From Fibrobacteria bacterium (GTDB lineage Bacteria; Fibrobacterota; Fibrobacteria; UBA5070): a stretch of 64,000 nucleotides of DNA. This document shows, piece after piece, positions 38,323 through 47,292 of this stretch. The notes beneath the pieces are model-generated. The model was not told the origin of the DNA and did not search any database. It saw only the letters and a list, made by a program, of their open reading frames with translations. The stretch is from assembly GCA_035352895.1 (NCBI GenBank), contig DAOPYN010000010.1:24188-88187 (forward strand). Direction: 5' to 3'. How positions within the stretch are numbered: the first letter of the stretch is position 1; the number at the start of each line of letters is the position of its first letter. The position numbers and the translations under genes were made by a program.

Positions 38323-40167
38323 TCAGGCCTTGCCCTCGATGTCGGCCAGGCGGCGGCGGAGATCCTCGTTGCCGGGATCCTTCTCCAGCAGCTGACGATA
38401 GATGCTGGCCGCCTTGTCGCGATGTCCCTGGCGAAGGTACTCCTCGGCGAAGGTGACCGTGGGCAGTCCCACCGGGAAATCGGAATCGCCACCGAAGAGA
38501 TCGTCCAGACGTCCTTCGATGTCGTCGCCGGTGACCTGGTTCTGGTTGGCGGAAGGATTGCGGGGAACGAATCCGGTCCTCCGCGAAGCGGGGTTGGCGT
38601 CCGCCTGGAATTCCGAGGAGGCGAAGAGTTCGTCCAGACGGCTGTCGACGTCCTCGGCGGTCAGGCGGGTGGTGCCACGCGTGTCCAGGTTCGGACGGGT
38701 CGTGTCGAAGGACGAAATGTCAACGCTGGAAAGGGCCATCAGCTCCGCGGTGGATTCCGCAGGGCGAGGCGCCTTGGGAACCGGCAGTTGGGCTTCGATG
38801 GTGGTGTCGCGGGCCACCGCGGCGGTATCGGCCGCCTCGGAGAACGACGACGGAGCGAGCATGGCATCGCGCGGCATGGTGGAGGTATCGCTGGACGCCG
38901 AGGGATGCGGAGGCTCGGAAGTCGGGGCGGTCAGGTCGATGACGCTCTCGCTGAAGAGGTCGTCCAGACGCCCTTCGATGTCGTCTCCGGAAACGACGGG
39001 CTGGTTGCTGGGAACCGCCATCGCCGGTGCCGTCGAGGCGGGTGCAGGTGCCGAGCTTTCGCCGAACAGTTCATCGAGGCGTCCCGCGACATCGCCACCG
39101 GTGACCTTGTCCGATCCCGGACGGAACACGGGGAAGTCGATGGCGGTGGGAGGCGTGTCCACAGGCTGGAATGCGGAAGCCTGGGGTGCCGCCTGGGCAG
39201 GCGAAGTGGAGATCTCGCCGAACAGTGCGTCCATCCGGTTCTCGATGTCGTCCCCCTGGACCCGATCCGACGAGAGACCGGCCGCAGCGGGAGCGGCGAG
39301 GAACTGGGTGGCTTCGGCGTCGATTCGATCCTGGGCGGTGGGAAAACGGCCGGGAACCGCGGGAGGAGGCAACTGTCCAGCCGGGAATTCGGAAGCCGGA
39401 GTCGGCGCCGCGGAAGGCGGGACGGGCATTTCCAAGGGCGGCGGAGGGATGGTACGCGAAGGCGTGAAGGAAGGCATCTCCAGGGTGGCGAACGACGATT
39501 CCTCCACCTTGCCCAGAAGGGACGCGGAAGGCGGAGGTGCCGCGGCAGGCGCCTGGAATCCCGGCAATTCCGGGATGGTCGCGGCCTCCATCCGTGCGTT
39601 GGTGAATCCGGAAGCCGACGGGGATTCGCCCATGTCCAGCTGGAAGGCGGGCATGGGGGTGGCCATGGAGGACATGCCAAGCGATGTGGCCCCTTCCGAG
39701 AGGGCTTCCCGGGAGTGGACGTCTTCCTGCTCACGCACGAGCTTCACCGGATCCAATCCGGCGGGATTGTCCATGGACTGGGCCAATGTCCGGACTTGGG
39801 TGGAGGCCTTGGGATGGTCCGGCTCCAAGGCGGCCAGTCGTCCCCAGACCTCGAATGCCTGGCGTAGATACTGGGCGCGGGTGCTGGCTTCGGCCAATCC
39901 CTCCAAGGCGGCGCGGGAGGCTCCGTCCAGATCCACTGCGGTCTGGAAGCTGGATCTGGCAACTTCGAAATCCCCTCGCTCGAGGGCGATCTTGCCACGG
40001 AGGATGCGACCCGTCAGACTGCGCGGCCAACGCTGCAGCCCTTCCTGGACGACTTGTTCGGCCTGTTCGGTCCGCCCCGCCTTGAGCAAGGCCTCCGCGT
40101 ACATGGAAAAGCCGAGCCCTCCCGGTCGTGTCCTGCTGATCCCTTCCAATGTATCCAGGCTCGTCAT
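38323..40167 (-). CDS. cytoplasmic TPR-repeat protein with five acidic tandem repeats (consensus TGDDIEGRLDDLFGE)
   Basis: N- and C-terminal TPR-like helices (..AEALLKAGRTEQAEQVVQEGL.., ..EEYLRQGHRDKAASIYRQLLEKDP..). The central Pro/Ser-rich region carries about 15-aa repeats at approximately aa 303, 355, 392, 503 and 545. GGAGG RBS. No signal peptide. Confidence 0.7.
   Translation of the reverse strand: MTSLDTLEGISRTRPGGLGFSMYAEALLKAGRTEQAEQVVQEGLQRWPRSLTGRILRGKIALERGDFEVARSSFQTAVDLDGASRAALEGLAEASTRAQYLRQAFEVWGRLAALEPDHPKASTQVRTLAQSMDNPAGLDPVKLVREQEDVHSREALSEGATSLGMSSMATPMPAFQLDMGESPSASGFTNARMEAATIPELPGFQAPAAAPPPSASLLGKVEESSFATLEMPSFTPSRTIPPPPLEMPVPPSAAPTPASEFPAGQLPPPAVPGRFPTAQDRIDAEATQFLAAPAAAGLSSDRVQGDDIENRMDALFGEISTSPAQAAPQASAFQPVDTPPTAIDFPVFRPGSDKVTGGDVAGRLDELFGESSAPAPASTAPAMAVPSNQPVVSGDDIEGRLDDLFSESVIDLTAPTSEPPHPSASSDTSTMPRDAMLAPSSFSEAADTAAVARDTTIEAQLPVPKAPRPAESTAELMALSSVDISSFDTTRPNLDTRGTTRLTAEDVDSRLDELFASSEFQADANPASRRTGFVPRNPSANQNQVTGDDIEGRLDDLFGGDSDFPVGLPTVTFAEEYLRQGHRDKAASIYRQLLEKDPGNEDLRRRLADIEGKA
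38488..39261 (-). repeat. coding tandem repeats (5 copies of [VT][ST]G[DG]D[IV][EDA][GNS]R[LM]D[DEA]LF[GSA]E) within the TPR protein gene
   Basis: Seen directly in the translation as GDDIENRMDALFGE, TGGDVAGRLDELFGE, SGDDIEGRLDDLFSE, TAEDVDSRLDELFAS and TGDDIEGRLDDLFGG. Confidence 0.7.
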
Positions 40168-40209
40168 GGCGTCCTCCGTGTCACGGGCAATTCGACAGTT
40201 TCCGTAATA

Positions 40210-40503
40210 TTACGATTCGGCTCCGCGGGAAGCGGCGAAACTCGAAGAAGCGAGCGTTTCCAGGATCAATCCTTCCTCCTTGAGAAGGCAGGGGATCCCG
40301 TTGCGGATCACGTATCCCTTCCTTCCGTCCTGGCGGACCAGAAGCCCTTCGATGGGACCGGATGGGTGTTTCCCGCAAGCATCCAGGATTTCGCGGCGCT
40401 CGAGTGCCTGGTTGACCAGGACGAGCTGCTCAGAGTCCGCCAAGCGCAGGCTCTGGTGGGATTCCGGACAACAGAGGATATCCAACAGTTTCTGATCCAT
40501 CAT
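40210..40503 (-). CDS. Trm112-family (DUF343) small protein
   Basis: MMDQKLLDILCCPESHQSLRL...VIRNGIPCLL matches the Trm112/YcaR zinc-ribbon-like pattern. It overlaps the accA stop. Confidence 0.6.
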   Translation of the reverse strand: MMDQKLLDILCCPESHQSLRLADSEQLVLVNQALERREILDACGKHPSGPIEGLLVRQDGRKGYVIRNGIPCLLKEEGLILETLASSSFAASRGAES

Positions 40504-41483
40504 GACCCTCGACGGGCTCCTTCCAGGAAGACTCCCACTCGAGCGTACCGCTCCATCCGCGAGTGGACAAGTTCATCGCCGGGAATCTCCCGCAATGCGG
40601 AAAGCTCCTCCAGCAACGCGGTTTTCAGCGAGGCGCAGGCGGCTTCGGGACGCCAGTGGGCGCCTCCGGCCGGCTCCTCCACCACCCGATCGATCAGCCC
40701 CAGCTCCAGGAGGTCGCGCCCCGTGAGCTTCATCTGGTCGGCCACTTCCCTGGCCTTCAGACGATCCCCCCAGAGGATGGCGGCGCATCCCTCCGGCGAG
40801 ATCACGCAGTACCAGGAGTTCTCGAACATCAGCAGGCGGTCGCCCACTCCGATCCCCAACGCTCCCCCGGAAGCTCCTTCGCCGAGCACGGCGACGATCA
40901 CCGGCACCTTGAGGAGGCTCATCTCCAGGATGTTTTCCGCGATGGCCTGCGCTTGCCCTCGTTCCTCGGCGCCGATTCCGGGAAAGGCTCCCGGAGTGTC
41001 CACCAGGCAGATCACGGGACGACCGAAGCGTTCGGCCAGCTTCATCACGCGCAACGCCTTGCGGTATCCTTCCGGATGGGGCATCCCGAAGTTCCGATGG
41101 ATGTTCTCGCGGGTATCCTTCCCCTTCTGGTGGGCGACCACGCAGACGGGAATCCCCTCCAACCTGGCAAAGCCCGCGACGATGGCCGGATCGTCCGCGA
41201 AAGCGCGATCGCCGTGCAGTTCCACGAAATCCGTGAACGATGCCTGGATGTGGTCCAGGGCGTAGGGCCTCCCCTGGCGACGAGCGATCTCGACGCGATT
41301 CCACGCGGTCATCTTCTGTTGGGACTTGGCCAGGAGCTGCTCGCGTTTCTTGTCCAAGCGGGCGATTTCCGACTCCAGATCCAGACCGTTTTCCGCCGCC
41401 AGAATCCGCATTTCCGCGATCTTCTGGTCCAATGCCAGCACGGGCTGCTCGAATTCGAGACCGCCCCCCTTGGCCAAGCTCAT
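40500..41483 (-). CDS. accA: acetyl-CoA carboxylase carboxyltransferase alpha subunit
   Basis: MSLAKGGGLEFEQPVLALDQKIAEMR...GRPVICLVDTPGAFPGIGAEERGQAQAIAENI.... ATG 41483 with a GGAGGG RBS; the ORF-track upstream extension is rejected. The start abuts the stop of the upstream GT2 gene. Confidence 0.9.
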   Translation of the reverse strand: MSLAKGGGLEFEQPVLALDQKIAEMRILAAENGLDLESEIARLDKKREQLLAKSQQKMTAWNRVEIARRQGRPYALDHIQASFTDFVELHGDRAFADDPAIVAGFARLEGIPVCVVAHQKGKDTRENIHRNFGMPHPEGYRKALRVMKLAERFGRPVICLVDTPGAFPGIGAEERGQAQAIAENILEMSLLKVPVIVAVLGEGASGGALGIGVGDRLLMFENSWYCVISPEGCAAILWGDRLKAREVADQMKLTGRDLLELGLIDRVVEEPAGGAHWRPEAACASLKTALLEELSALREIPGDELVHSRMERYARVGVFLEGARRGS

Positions 41484-43075
41484 CGTGGACCCTCCGTTGG
41501 AAAGTTGTGGTCCAAGGTAATATCCACGAGGACAGGCTCGCCATCCCGGGGCGTGGGAAGAGCCAGGAAGAGCTCGACCTGGCGCAGTTGGCGCAACTGG
41601 GCCAAGGTACGGGAAATCCGATCGTCGGTGGGCACCACCAAGGTACGGACCTCCAGCGCCTTCAAGGCCGGCATCGGATTGGGCATGGAGGCAAGAGGCA
41701 TGACCTCCCCTGGCTCGGCGGGAGATTCGTCCTGGAGAGCCAGGAAGCCCAGCATCCGCACCCGCGAAGATGCCTGGAACCGGCGGGCGAGATCCTGGGA
41801 AGCAGCCCCCAACCCCACCACCAGCACGCGGCGTGGAAAGGTCCGGGCGCGTCGCGCATGCCACAGGTGCCGACCCAGGATCGCCAGGCAGGCGACACCC
41901 GCCCCGATGACGAAGCTTCCACGCGAGAACACGATGGACTTGGCGATGAAGCCGGTGGTCAGGAACCCTCCGCTGGCTCCGGCGAGGCCGGTCAACAGAT
42001 TCCGTCGCGAGACCGGAGCTCCGGAATAATCACCCACCAGGAGCATGGCGCCCATGAACCAGATGCTGAGCACCGGATGCCAGATCCAGTCGAATCGTCC
42101 GTCTCCGAGATAGGTGCCGCTGCTGCGCAGCCAGAGCCAAAGGCTGGAGATCGTGAAGAAGGACAGGTTGATGGACACCAGATCCATCCCCATGCGGCGC
42201 CAGCGCCGCATGGACTGCCCGAAATGCCCCATGGCGGCGAGAAGCCAGGCCACGAGGGTCAGCAAGCCACCCAGGACGACGCCCACCCCGAAGTTCTTGC
42301 GGGCGAAGACGACCATGGCCTGGTAGAAGTTGATTCGCGCTCCCAGGGGCCGGGTGGCGGCACTCTGTCCCTTGTGGTGGACGATGTGCACGTTGCCGTG
42401 GTACCAGATCTCCCAGTCGGCCTGGGCCACGCGCAGGCACAGATCGAGATCCTCGCCGTAGAGGAAGAAGATTTCGTCGAATCCCTTCACGAATCGGAAG
42501 ACTTCCGCTCGGATCCAGAGGAACGATCCCGAGACGGCCTCGACCGGATAGGTCCCCGCCGGGTCCAGGTAGGTGAGGTTGTACTTGCCCAAGGTCCGAC
42601 TCTTGGGAAACAGGATGGAAAGCCCCGAAAGCCGCTGGATGGTGATCTTGGGAGTGGGAATCGAACGTCGGCAGGCGAGCTGGAGCTTGCCATCGCCATC
42701 CACGATCCGGCACCCCGCGATGCCGAGCCTGGGATTGGCTTCCACGTATCGATGCATCTCGCGCAAGGTGCTCGGCAGGACCACCGTATCGGGGTTCAGG
42801 AAGAGGATCCACTCGCCCTTGGCAAGGGCGGCTCCCCGATTGCACCCGATGGAGAACCCCAGGTTGCGGTCCATCGCCAGGAATTGCACCTCGGGAAATT
42901 CCCTGGAAAGGATCTCCACTGTGTCGTCGGCCGACGCGTTGTCGACCACGATCACTTCCAGGCGAGGGGAATCGGCATCCAGGGTTCGCAGGCTTTCCAG
43001 GCAATCGCGCAGTCGGTCCCGTACGTTGAACGAGACGATGACGACGGAAAGCTGGACTTCGCCCGTTCGATTCAC
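41480..43075 (-). CDS. glycosyltransferase family 2 with C-terminal multi-pass membrane domain
   Basis: QLSVVIVSFNVRDRLRDCL...VIVVDNASADDT...GCNRG...YGEDLDLCLR (GT2 DXD and ED motifs), then about 6 TM helices. The likely start is GTG 43075 overlapping the upstream TGA (GTGA). The ORF-track N-terminal extension overlaps the upstream gene by 320 nt and is rejected. Confidence 0.75.
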   Translation of the reverse strand: MNRTGEVQLSVVIVSFNVRDRLRDCLESLRTLDADSPRLEVIVVDNASADDTVEILSREFPEVQFLAMDRNLGFSIGCNRGAALAKGEWILFLNPDTVVLPSTLREMHRYVEANPRLGIAGCRIVDGDGKLQLACRRSIPTPKITIQRLSGLSILFPKSRTLGKYNLTYLDPAGTYPVEAVSGSFLWIRAEVFRFVKGFDEIFFLYGEDLDLCLRVAQADWEIWYHGNVHIVHHKGQSAATRPLGARINFYQAMVVFARKNFGVGVVLGGLLTLVAWLLAAMGHFGQSMRRWRRMGMDLVSINLSFFTISSLWLWLRSSGTYLGDGRFDWIWHPVLSIWFMGAMLLVGDYSGAPVSRRNLLTGLAGASGGFLTTGFIAKSIVFSRGSFVIGAGVACLAILGRHLWHARRARTFPRRVLVVGLGAASQDLARRFQASSRVRMLGFLALQDESPAEPGEVMPLASMPNPMPALKALEVRTLVVPTDDRISRTLAQLRQLRQVELFLALPTPRDGEPVLVDITLDHNFPTEGPR

Positions 43076-43785
43076 CGATGGCGCCCCATCCGCAGACGCA
43101 CCACCAGGAGAAGCGCTTCCCGAATGATCTTCCCGGACATCTTGCTCACTCCCGCCCGCCGATCGACGAACACGATAGGAACTTCGGCCAGCCGGAACCC
43201 CTTCTTCCAGACCTTGAAATTCATCTCGATCTGGAATCCGTAGCCGCTGGCGGAGATTCCGTCGAAGTCGACGGACTCCAAGGCCTCGCGCCGGAAGCAT
43301 TTGAATCCGGCGGTGCAATCGGCGATGGGAAGACCGGACACGAACTTGGCGTACTTGTTGGCGAACCAGGACAGAAGCAGCCTGGACATGGGCCAATTGA
43401 CCACGTTCACGCCCGTCAGATACCGGGAGCCGATCACCAGGTCGGCCGACTCCGACGCTTCCAGCATCTGGGGCACGTACTTGGGATCATGGCTGAAATC
43501 GGCATCCATCTCGAAGACTCGCTCGTAGTCCCGCTCCAGCGCCCAGCGGAACCCGGCCACGTAGGCGCTTCCCAATCCCATCTTCCCCGCACGGCGCATC
43601 AGATGGACGCGAGAAGATTCCCGACCGCGCGCCTCGACGATATCCCCGGTCCCATCCGGCGACCCGTCGTCGACCACAAGGACATGCACGGTTTCCGGGA
43701 ACCCCATCAAGGTATCCAGGAGTTCCGTGATGTTGTCCTTCTCGTTGTAGGTGGGAACCACGATCAGGGTCTTGCGAGCGCTCAA
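43072..43785 (-). CDS. polyprenol-phosphate mannosyl/glucosyltransferase (Dpm1/GtrB-like GT2)
   Basis: MSARKTLIVVPTYNEKDNI...LVVDDGSPDGT...EMDADFSHDP..., 237 aa. Confidence 0.85.
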   Translation of the reverse strand: MSARKTLIVVPTYNEKDNITELLDTLMGFPETVHVLVVDDGSPDGTGDIVEARGRESSRVHLMRRAGKMGLGSAYVAGFRWALERDYERVFEMDADFSHDPKYVPQMLEASESADLVIGSRYLTGVNVVNWPMSRLLLSWFANKYAKFVSGLPIADCTAGFKCFRREALESVDFDGISASGYGFQIEMNFKVWKKGFRLAEVPIVFVDRRAGVSKMSGKIIREALLLVVRLRMGRHR

Positions 43786-43863
43786 AACAGCCTCCGATGG
43801 ATGGTTCCGAAATCTACTTCCTTGCAGAAGTCGAACTTGAGCATTAAACTTTGTGCCTCCAAC

Positions 43864-43939
43864 GGTGGCTGTAGCTCAGTTGGTTAGAGCTCCTGATTGT
43901 GGTTCAGGAGGTCGTGGGTTCAAGTCCCATCAGCCACCC
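43864..43939 (+). tRNA. tRNA-His (anticodon GTG) with encoded G-1
   Basis: G-1 pairs with discriminator C73. Acceptor GTGGCTG/CAGCCAC, anticodon loop TTGTGGT, T-arm GTGGG-TTCAAGT-CCCAT. No CCA is encoded. Confidence 0.9.
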
Positions 43940-43942
43940 TTA

Positions 43943-43980
43943 AAGAAGGCCGCCCGGTTTCGGGTGGCCTTCTTTCGTTT
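43943..43980. terminator. bidirectional rho-independent terminator (tRNA-His / pssA)
   Basis: 14-bp stem aagaaggccgcccg/cgggtggccttctt with loop gttt, followed by TTCGTTTC on the plus strand. Confidence 0.8.
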
Positions 43981-44768
43981 CAGTCTTCCGGGTGGCTGGA
44001 CAGAGTGGCCTTGATGCTGGAGCGCCGGATGATTCCGTAGGTGAATCCGACACCGCTGTAGATGGCGATGAGGCTGAAGAGGAATTCAGGGAACTTCATG
44101 GCCAATCCGAAGATGTAGCCGATCACCACGCAGACGATCTGGACCATGTTGAACGCCTTGGATCTGCGGCTGATCAGCTTGGAGATGTAGAAGCCGGAAA
44201 TCATGAGGCCCGCCTGGACGATCTGCGCGGCCACCAGGGCGGAGGCGAGAGTTCCGGAGAAGACGCCGTCGGTCCACTTGTAGGCGATCAGGAAGATGAG
44301 CGCGGCGAAGCCTCCGGAAAGGGTGGAAGGCATGCCGACGAAATACTCCTTGAGGCCGGTCTGTGCGACGTTGTAGCGCGCCAACCGCCATGCGGCGCAC
44401 AACACGTAGAAGGACAGCGCCAGGATCTGGATGGGAACGTTCTGCTCCGCCCATTGGGGTGCGATCGCACGCATGCCATGGAAGAAGAGCATGGCCGGAG
44501 CGAGCCCGAAGGCCACCAGATCGGCGAGGGAATCGAACTCGGCGCCGAAGGCGGTGGACGCCTTGAGCCGCTTGGCGAAGAATCCATCCAGCTTGTCCAG
44601 GAGAACGGAATAGACGATCAGCCATGCCGCCCATTCCAAGGCGGTCTTTTCGCCCCAGAGGAAGGACATTTTCTGAGTTCCCAGAGGGGAGAGAACAACG
44701 GAGAACGTCCCCATCAGGAAGTTGAGGCTCGTGAAGAAATTCGGGATGGCATAGCGGATGCGGCTCAT
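43980..44768 (-). CDS. pssA: CDP-alcohol phosphatidyltransferase (phosphatidylserine synthase-like)
   Basis: DKLDGFFAKRLKASTAFGAEFDSLADLV signature with multiple TM helices. Start MSRIRYAIPNFFTS. Confidence 0.85.
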   Translation of the reverse strand: MSRIRYAIPNFFTSLNFLMGTFSVVLSPLGTQKMSFLWGEKTALEWAAWLIVYSVLLDKLDGFFAKRLKASTAFGAEFDSLADLVAFGLAPAMLFFHGMRAIAPQWAEQNVPIQILALSFYVLCAAWRLARYNVAQTGLKEYFVGMPSTLSGGFAALIFLIAYKWTDGVFSGTLASALVAAQIVQAGLMISGFYISKLISRRSKAFNMVQIVCVVIGYIFGLAMKFPEFLFSLIAIYSGVGFTYGIIRRSSIKATLSSHPED

Positions 44769-44807
44769 GGCCCAGTGATGTAGCAATCCGGCGGGGCCGC
44801 GAAAAGG

Positions 44808-45518
44808 TCAGGTCGCCGGTCCGATCTCCAATCGGTAGCCAGCTCCCCGGACACTGGTCAGGAGCTGGGGATTGGTCTGGTCGACCTCCAGCTTCTGGCG
44901 CAGCCGCATCAGGAAGTTGTCCACAGTGCGGGTGCTGGGAAGATTGTCCGGGGAGTACCCCCAGACCCGTTCCAGCAGATCTTCGCGGCGGACCACCTCC
45001 CCCGGATGGGTGGCGAAATCCCGCAGGATCTCGAACTCGCGGGTGGAAAGATCGATGGGCTGACCTTCCACCCAGCAGCGGAACTGCTTGAAATCGATCC
45101 GGATGCGCCCCTGCCACTCCACGACCTCCACCGCAGCCGGCGCCCGCATGGCCTTGCGACGCAGGAGGTTGCGGATGCGGGCGATCAGTTCGGCCAGGGA
45201 GAACGGCTTGGTGACATAGTCGTCGGCCCCCAGGGTGAGACCAGCCACCTTCGATGCTTCGTCGGAACGCGCCGTGAGCATCAGGATGGGGAGCTCCGCA
45301 CGCTGCGAGCGCAGTTCCCGACAGATGTCGAAGCCCGACTTCCCCGGAAGCATCAGATCCAGAAGGACGATGTCGGGCAGGAAGACCGGAAGGATCTTCA
45401 TGGCTTCCTGGCCATCGCAGGCTTCCTCCACGGAAAACCCCTCCAGTTCCAGGGTGACGCGCAATCCCGATCGGATCGAAGCGTCGTCTTCCACGACCAG
45501 GATTCTGGCTTCAGGCAT
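44808..45518 (-). CDS. OmpR-family response regulator
   Basis: Receiver domain MPEARILVVEDDASIRSGL...DLMLPGKSG... plus a winged-helix output domain (...RLEIGP). Confidence 0.9.
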   Translation of the reverse strand: MPEARILVVEDDASIRSGLRVTLELEGFSVEEACDGQEAMKILPVFLPDIVLLDLMLPGKSGFDICRELRSQRAELPILMLTARSDEASKVAGLTLGADDYVTKPFSLAELIARIRNLLRRKAMRAPAAVEVVEWQGRIRIDFKQFRCWVEGQPIDLSTREFEILRDFATHPGEVVRREDLLERVWGYSPDNLPSTRTVDNFLMRLRQKLEVDQTNPQLLTSVRGAGYRLEIGPAT

Positions 45519-47292
45519 CGATCTCCTCCACCGCCGGAAGGCGGATCTCAAATATGGTTCCGTTCCCCTCGCTGCTCTCCAAAACCACTTCGCCACCGTG
45601 AAATTCGACGTTCCTCTTCACGATGGCAAGCCCCAGGCCGGTCCCGGCAACGGTTCGGGTGAGTTCGCCTCCGCCGCGGAAGAACCGCTCGAAGACCCTC
45701 GAGTGATCCTCCGGCGGAATCCCCGGACCGTCGTCGGAGACCCGAAGCAGGGCCGATCCCCCCTGGCGACGGACCTCCAGGTGGACCTTCCCCCCGGTTT
45801 TCCCGTACTTGAACGCGTTGTCCACGAGATTGTCGATCACCGGTCGCAGGAGGGTCTTGTCTCCCACCACGGTGACAGGTTCCGTCTCGATGCGCCACTC
45901 GATGCCGCGGCGGTGGGACACGGCATCGAAGGAAGCGCCCGCCTCCCTGGCCAAGAGATCCAGTCGGAGAGGCTCCCGCACCTTGGCGGTGGGGTGGGCC
46001 TCGTCGCGGGCGAACGACAGGAGCCCGTCGATCAACCCCTGCAAGCGCCGGGCTTCCCGCAGGATGGTGGCACCGAATTCGCCGGAGCGCTCCACGCCGC
46101 GCCCTCCGGCGAGGAGTTCGGCGTACAGGGCGATGGACGTCAAGGGAGTCTTCAGTTCATGGGAAATGTTCCCGATGAAGTCGGTCTTCATGGTGAGAAG
46201 GTCCCGTTGGACCCGGATGGATCGGTTCGCCGCCGCCGTGGCCCCGACCAGCACGATCAGGGAAAGGCCCAGGAGCGCGGAGACGAAGATGGTCCGGAAT
46301 CGGGTGGCCGAGGCGTGCTCGTTCACCGACCACACGGCCACCGACCAGGAAGGGAATCCTCCCGGGACGGGCACGAGTTCGTCGGGCTCCACGGCCGGTG
46401 GTGTTCCTTCCAGACCCAGGATGTCGCCGGCGGCGTTCTTCATGCCCAGGAGGAGCTCCCGGTCCGGTCCGGTGGCCTTGGATGCCGGCACCAGTTCTGC
46501 GTTGAGGAGCCTCTCCTGGAGCGCCCTCTCGGAAAACCTCCCCACGGCCACCACCCCTCGAGGTAGATCCGGCGGGGCGAGCACCAGCCAGGTGCGACCA
46601 CCCACGTCCACCAGGTGGGTCTCGGGCCTCTTGGCGAGGGAATCGAAGACATCCGACGCCTCCTTGCGCACCTGGACCTGGACTCCTCGACGCTTCATCG
46701 CCTCCAGCTGGTCGGACAGCAACACCTTCCACTGGGGCCGTGTGGCGACATCCACCGAGATCCGTCGGGCGACCGTGTCCAACCTGGACACGAGATCGAA
46801 GGGTAGCACGTTGTCGGGCGCGTGCAGGATCACCAGGATCCAGTCTTCCAACCGCGAAAGGCGGTCGTCGGGAGCGGAACCCGCCTCCCAGATGGCGACG
46901 TACATGGCCTCGAGTCTGGCGGAATCGACGGCTCCCGAGTTCTTCTGGCGCGACCACTGCTCACCTCGGATCTCGACCGCGTCGAACCAGGGAGGTGGCA
47001 CCTGGGCGAGGCCCATTCCCACGTCCATCACCCAGCGTTCCAGCTGCACCTGGGCCTGGTTGCGCACTTCCCGACCGGCCCCCGAGAGATTTCCGGCGAC
47101 CTGGTAGGCGAGACGTTGTCGGGATTCCACCACTTGGCGACGCAGGAGGTTCTGTTCCACCCCCACGGCTCTCCACGCCAGCCAGGCGAGAACCAGGCCG
47201 GGCACCACGATGGGTACCCACACCCACCGCACCCATCCGTCCCTGGGATGCCTATTCGGGCCGGAGGAGTCCACGCCGGGATCCTTGAACAA
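45511..47292 (-). CDS. sensor histidine kinase (two TM, periplasmic sensor, HisKA-HATPase)
   Basis: H-box NISHELKTPLTSI, plus N, G1 and G2 boxes. Overlaps the RR start by 8 nt. The true start may be GTG 47232 (VRWVWVPIVV...), which would avoid a 40-nt overlap with lpxA. Confidence 0.85.
   Translation of the reverse strand: MFKDPGVDSSGPNRHPRDGWVRWVWVPIVVPGLVLAWLAWRAVGVEQNLLRRQVVESRQRLAYQVAGNLSGAGREVRNQAQVQLERWVMDVGMGLAQVPPPWFDAVEIRGEQWSRQKNSGAVDSARLEAMYVAIWEAGSAPDDRLSRLEDWILVILHAPDNVLPFDLVSRLDTVARRISVDVATRPQWKVLLSDQLEAMKRRGVQVQVRKEASDVFDSLAKRPETHLVDVGGRTWLVLAPPDLPRGVVAVGRFSERALQERLLNAELVPASKATGPDRELLLGMKNAAGDILGLEGTPPAVEPDELVPVPGGFPSWSVAVWSVNEHASATRFRTIFVSALLGLSLIVLVGATAAANRSIRVQRDLLTMKTDFIGNISHELKTPLTSIALYAELLAGGRGVERSGEFGATILREARRLQGLIDGLLSFARDEAHPTAKVREPLRLDLLAREAGASFDAVSHRRGIEWRIETEPVTVVGDKTLLRPVIDNLVDNAFKYGKTGGKVHLEVRRQGGSALLRVSDDGPGIPPEDHSRVFERFFRGGGELTRTVAGTGLGLAIVKRNVEFHGGEVVLESSEGNGTIFEIRLPAVEEIDA

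Noticed and set aside
41480-43396. N-terminal 107-aa extension of the GT2 ORF (MAHVQAASV...)
   Set aside because: It would overlap the upstream dpm1-like gene by 320 nt. The GT2 catalytic domain begins right after a GTG that overlaps the upstream stop.
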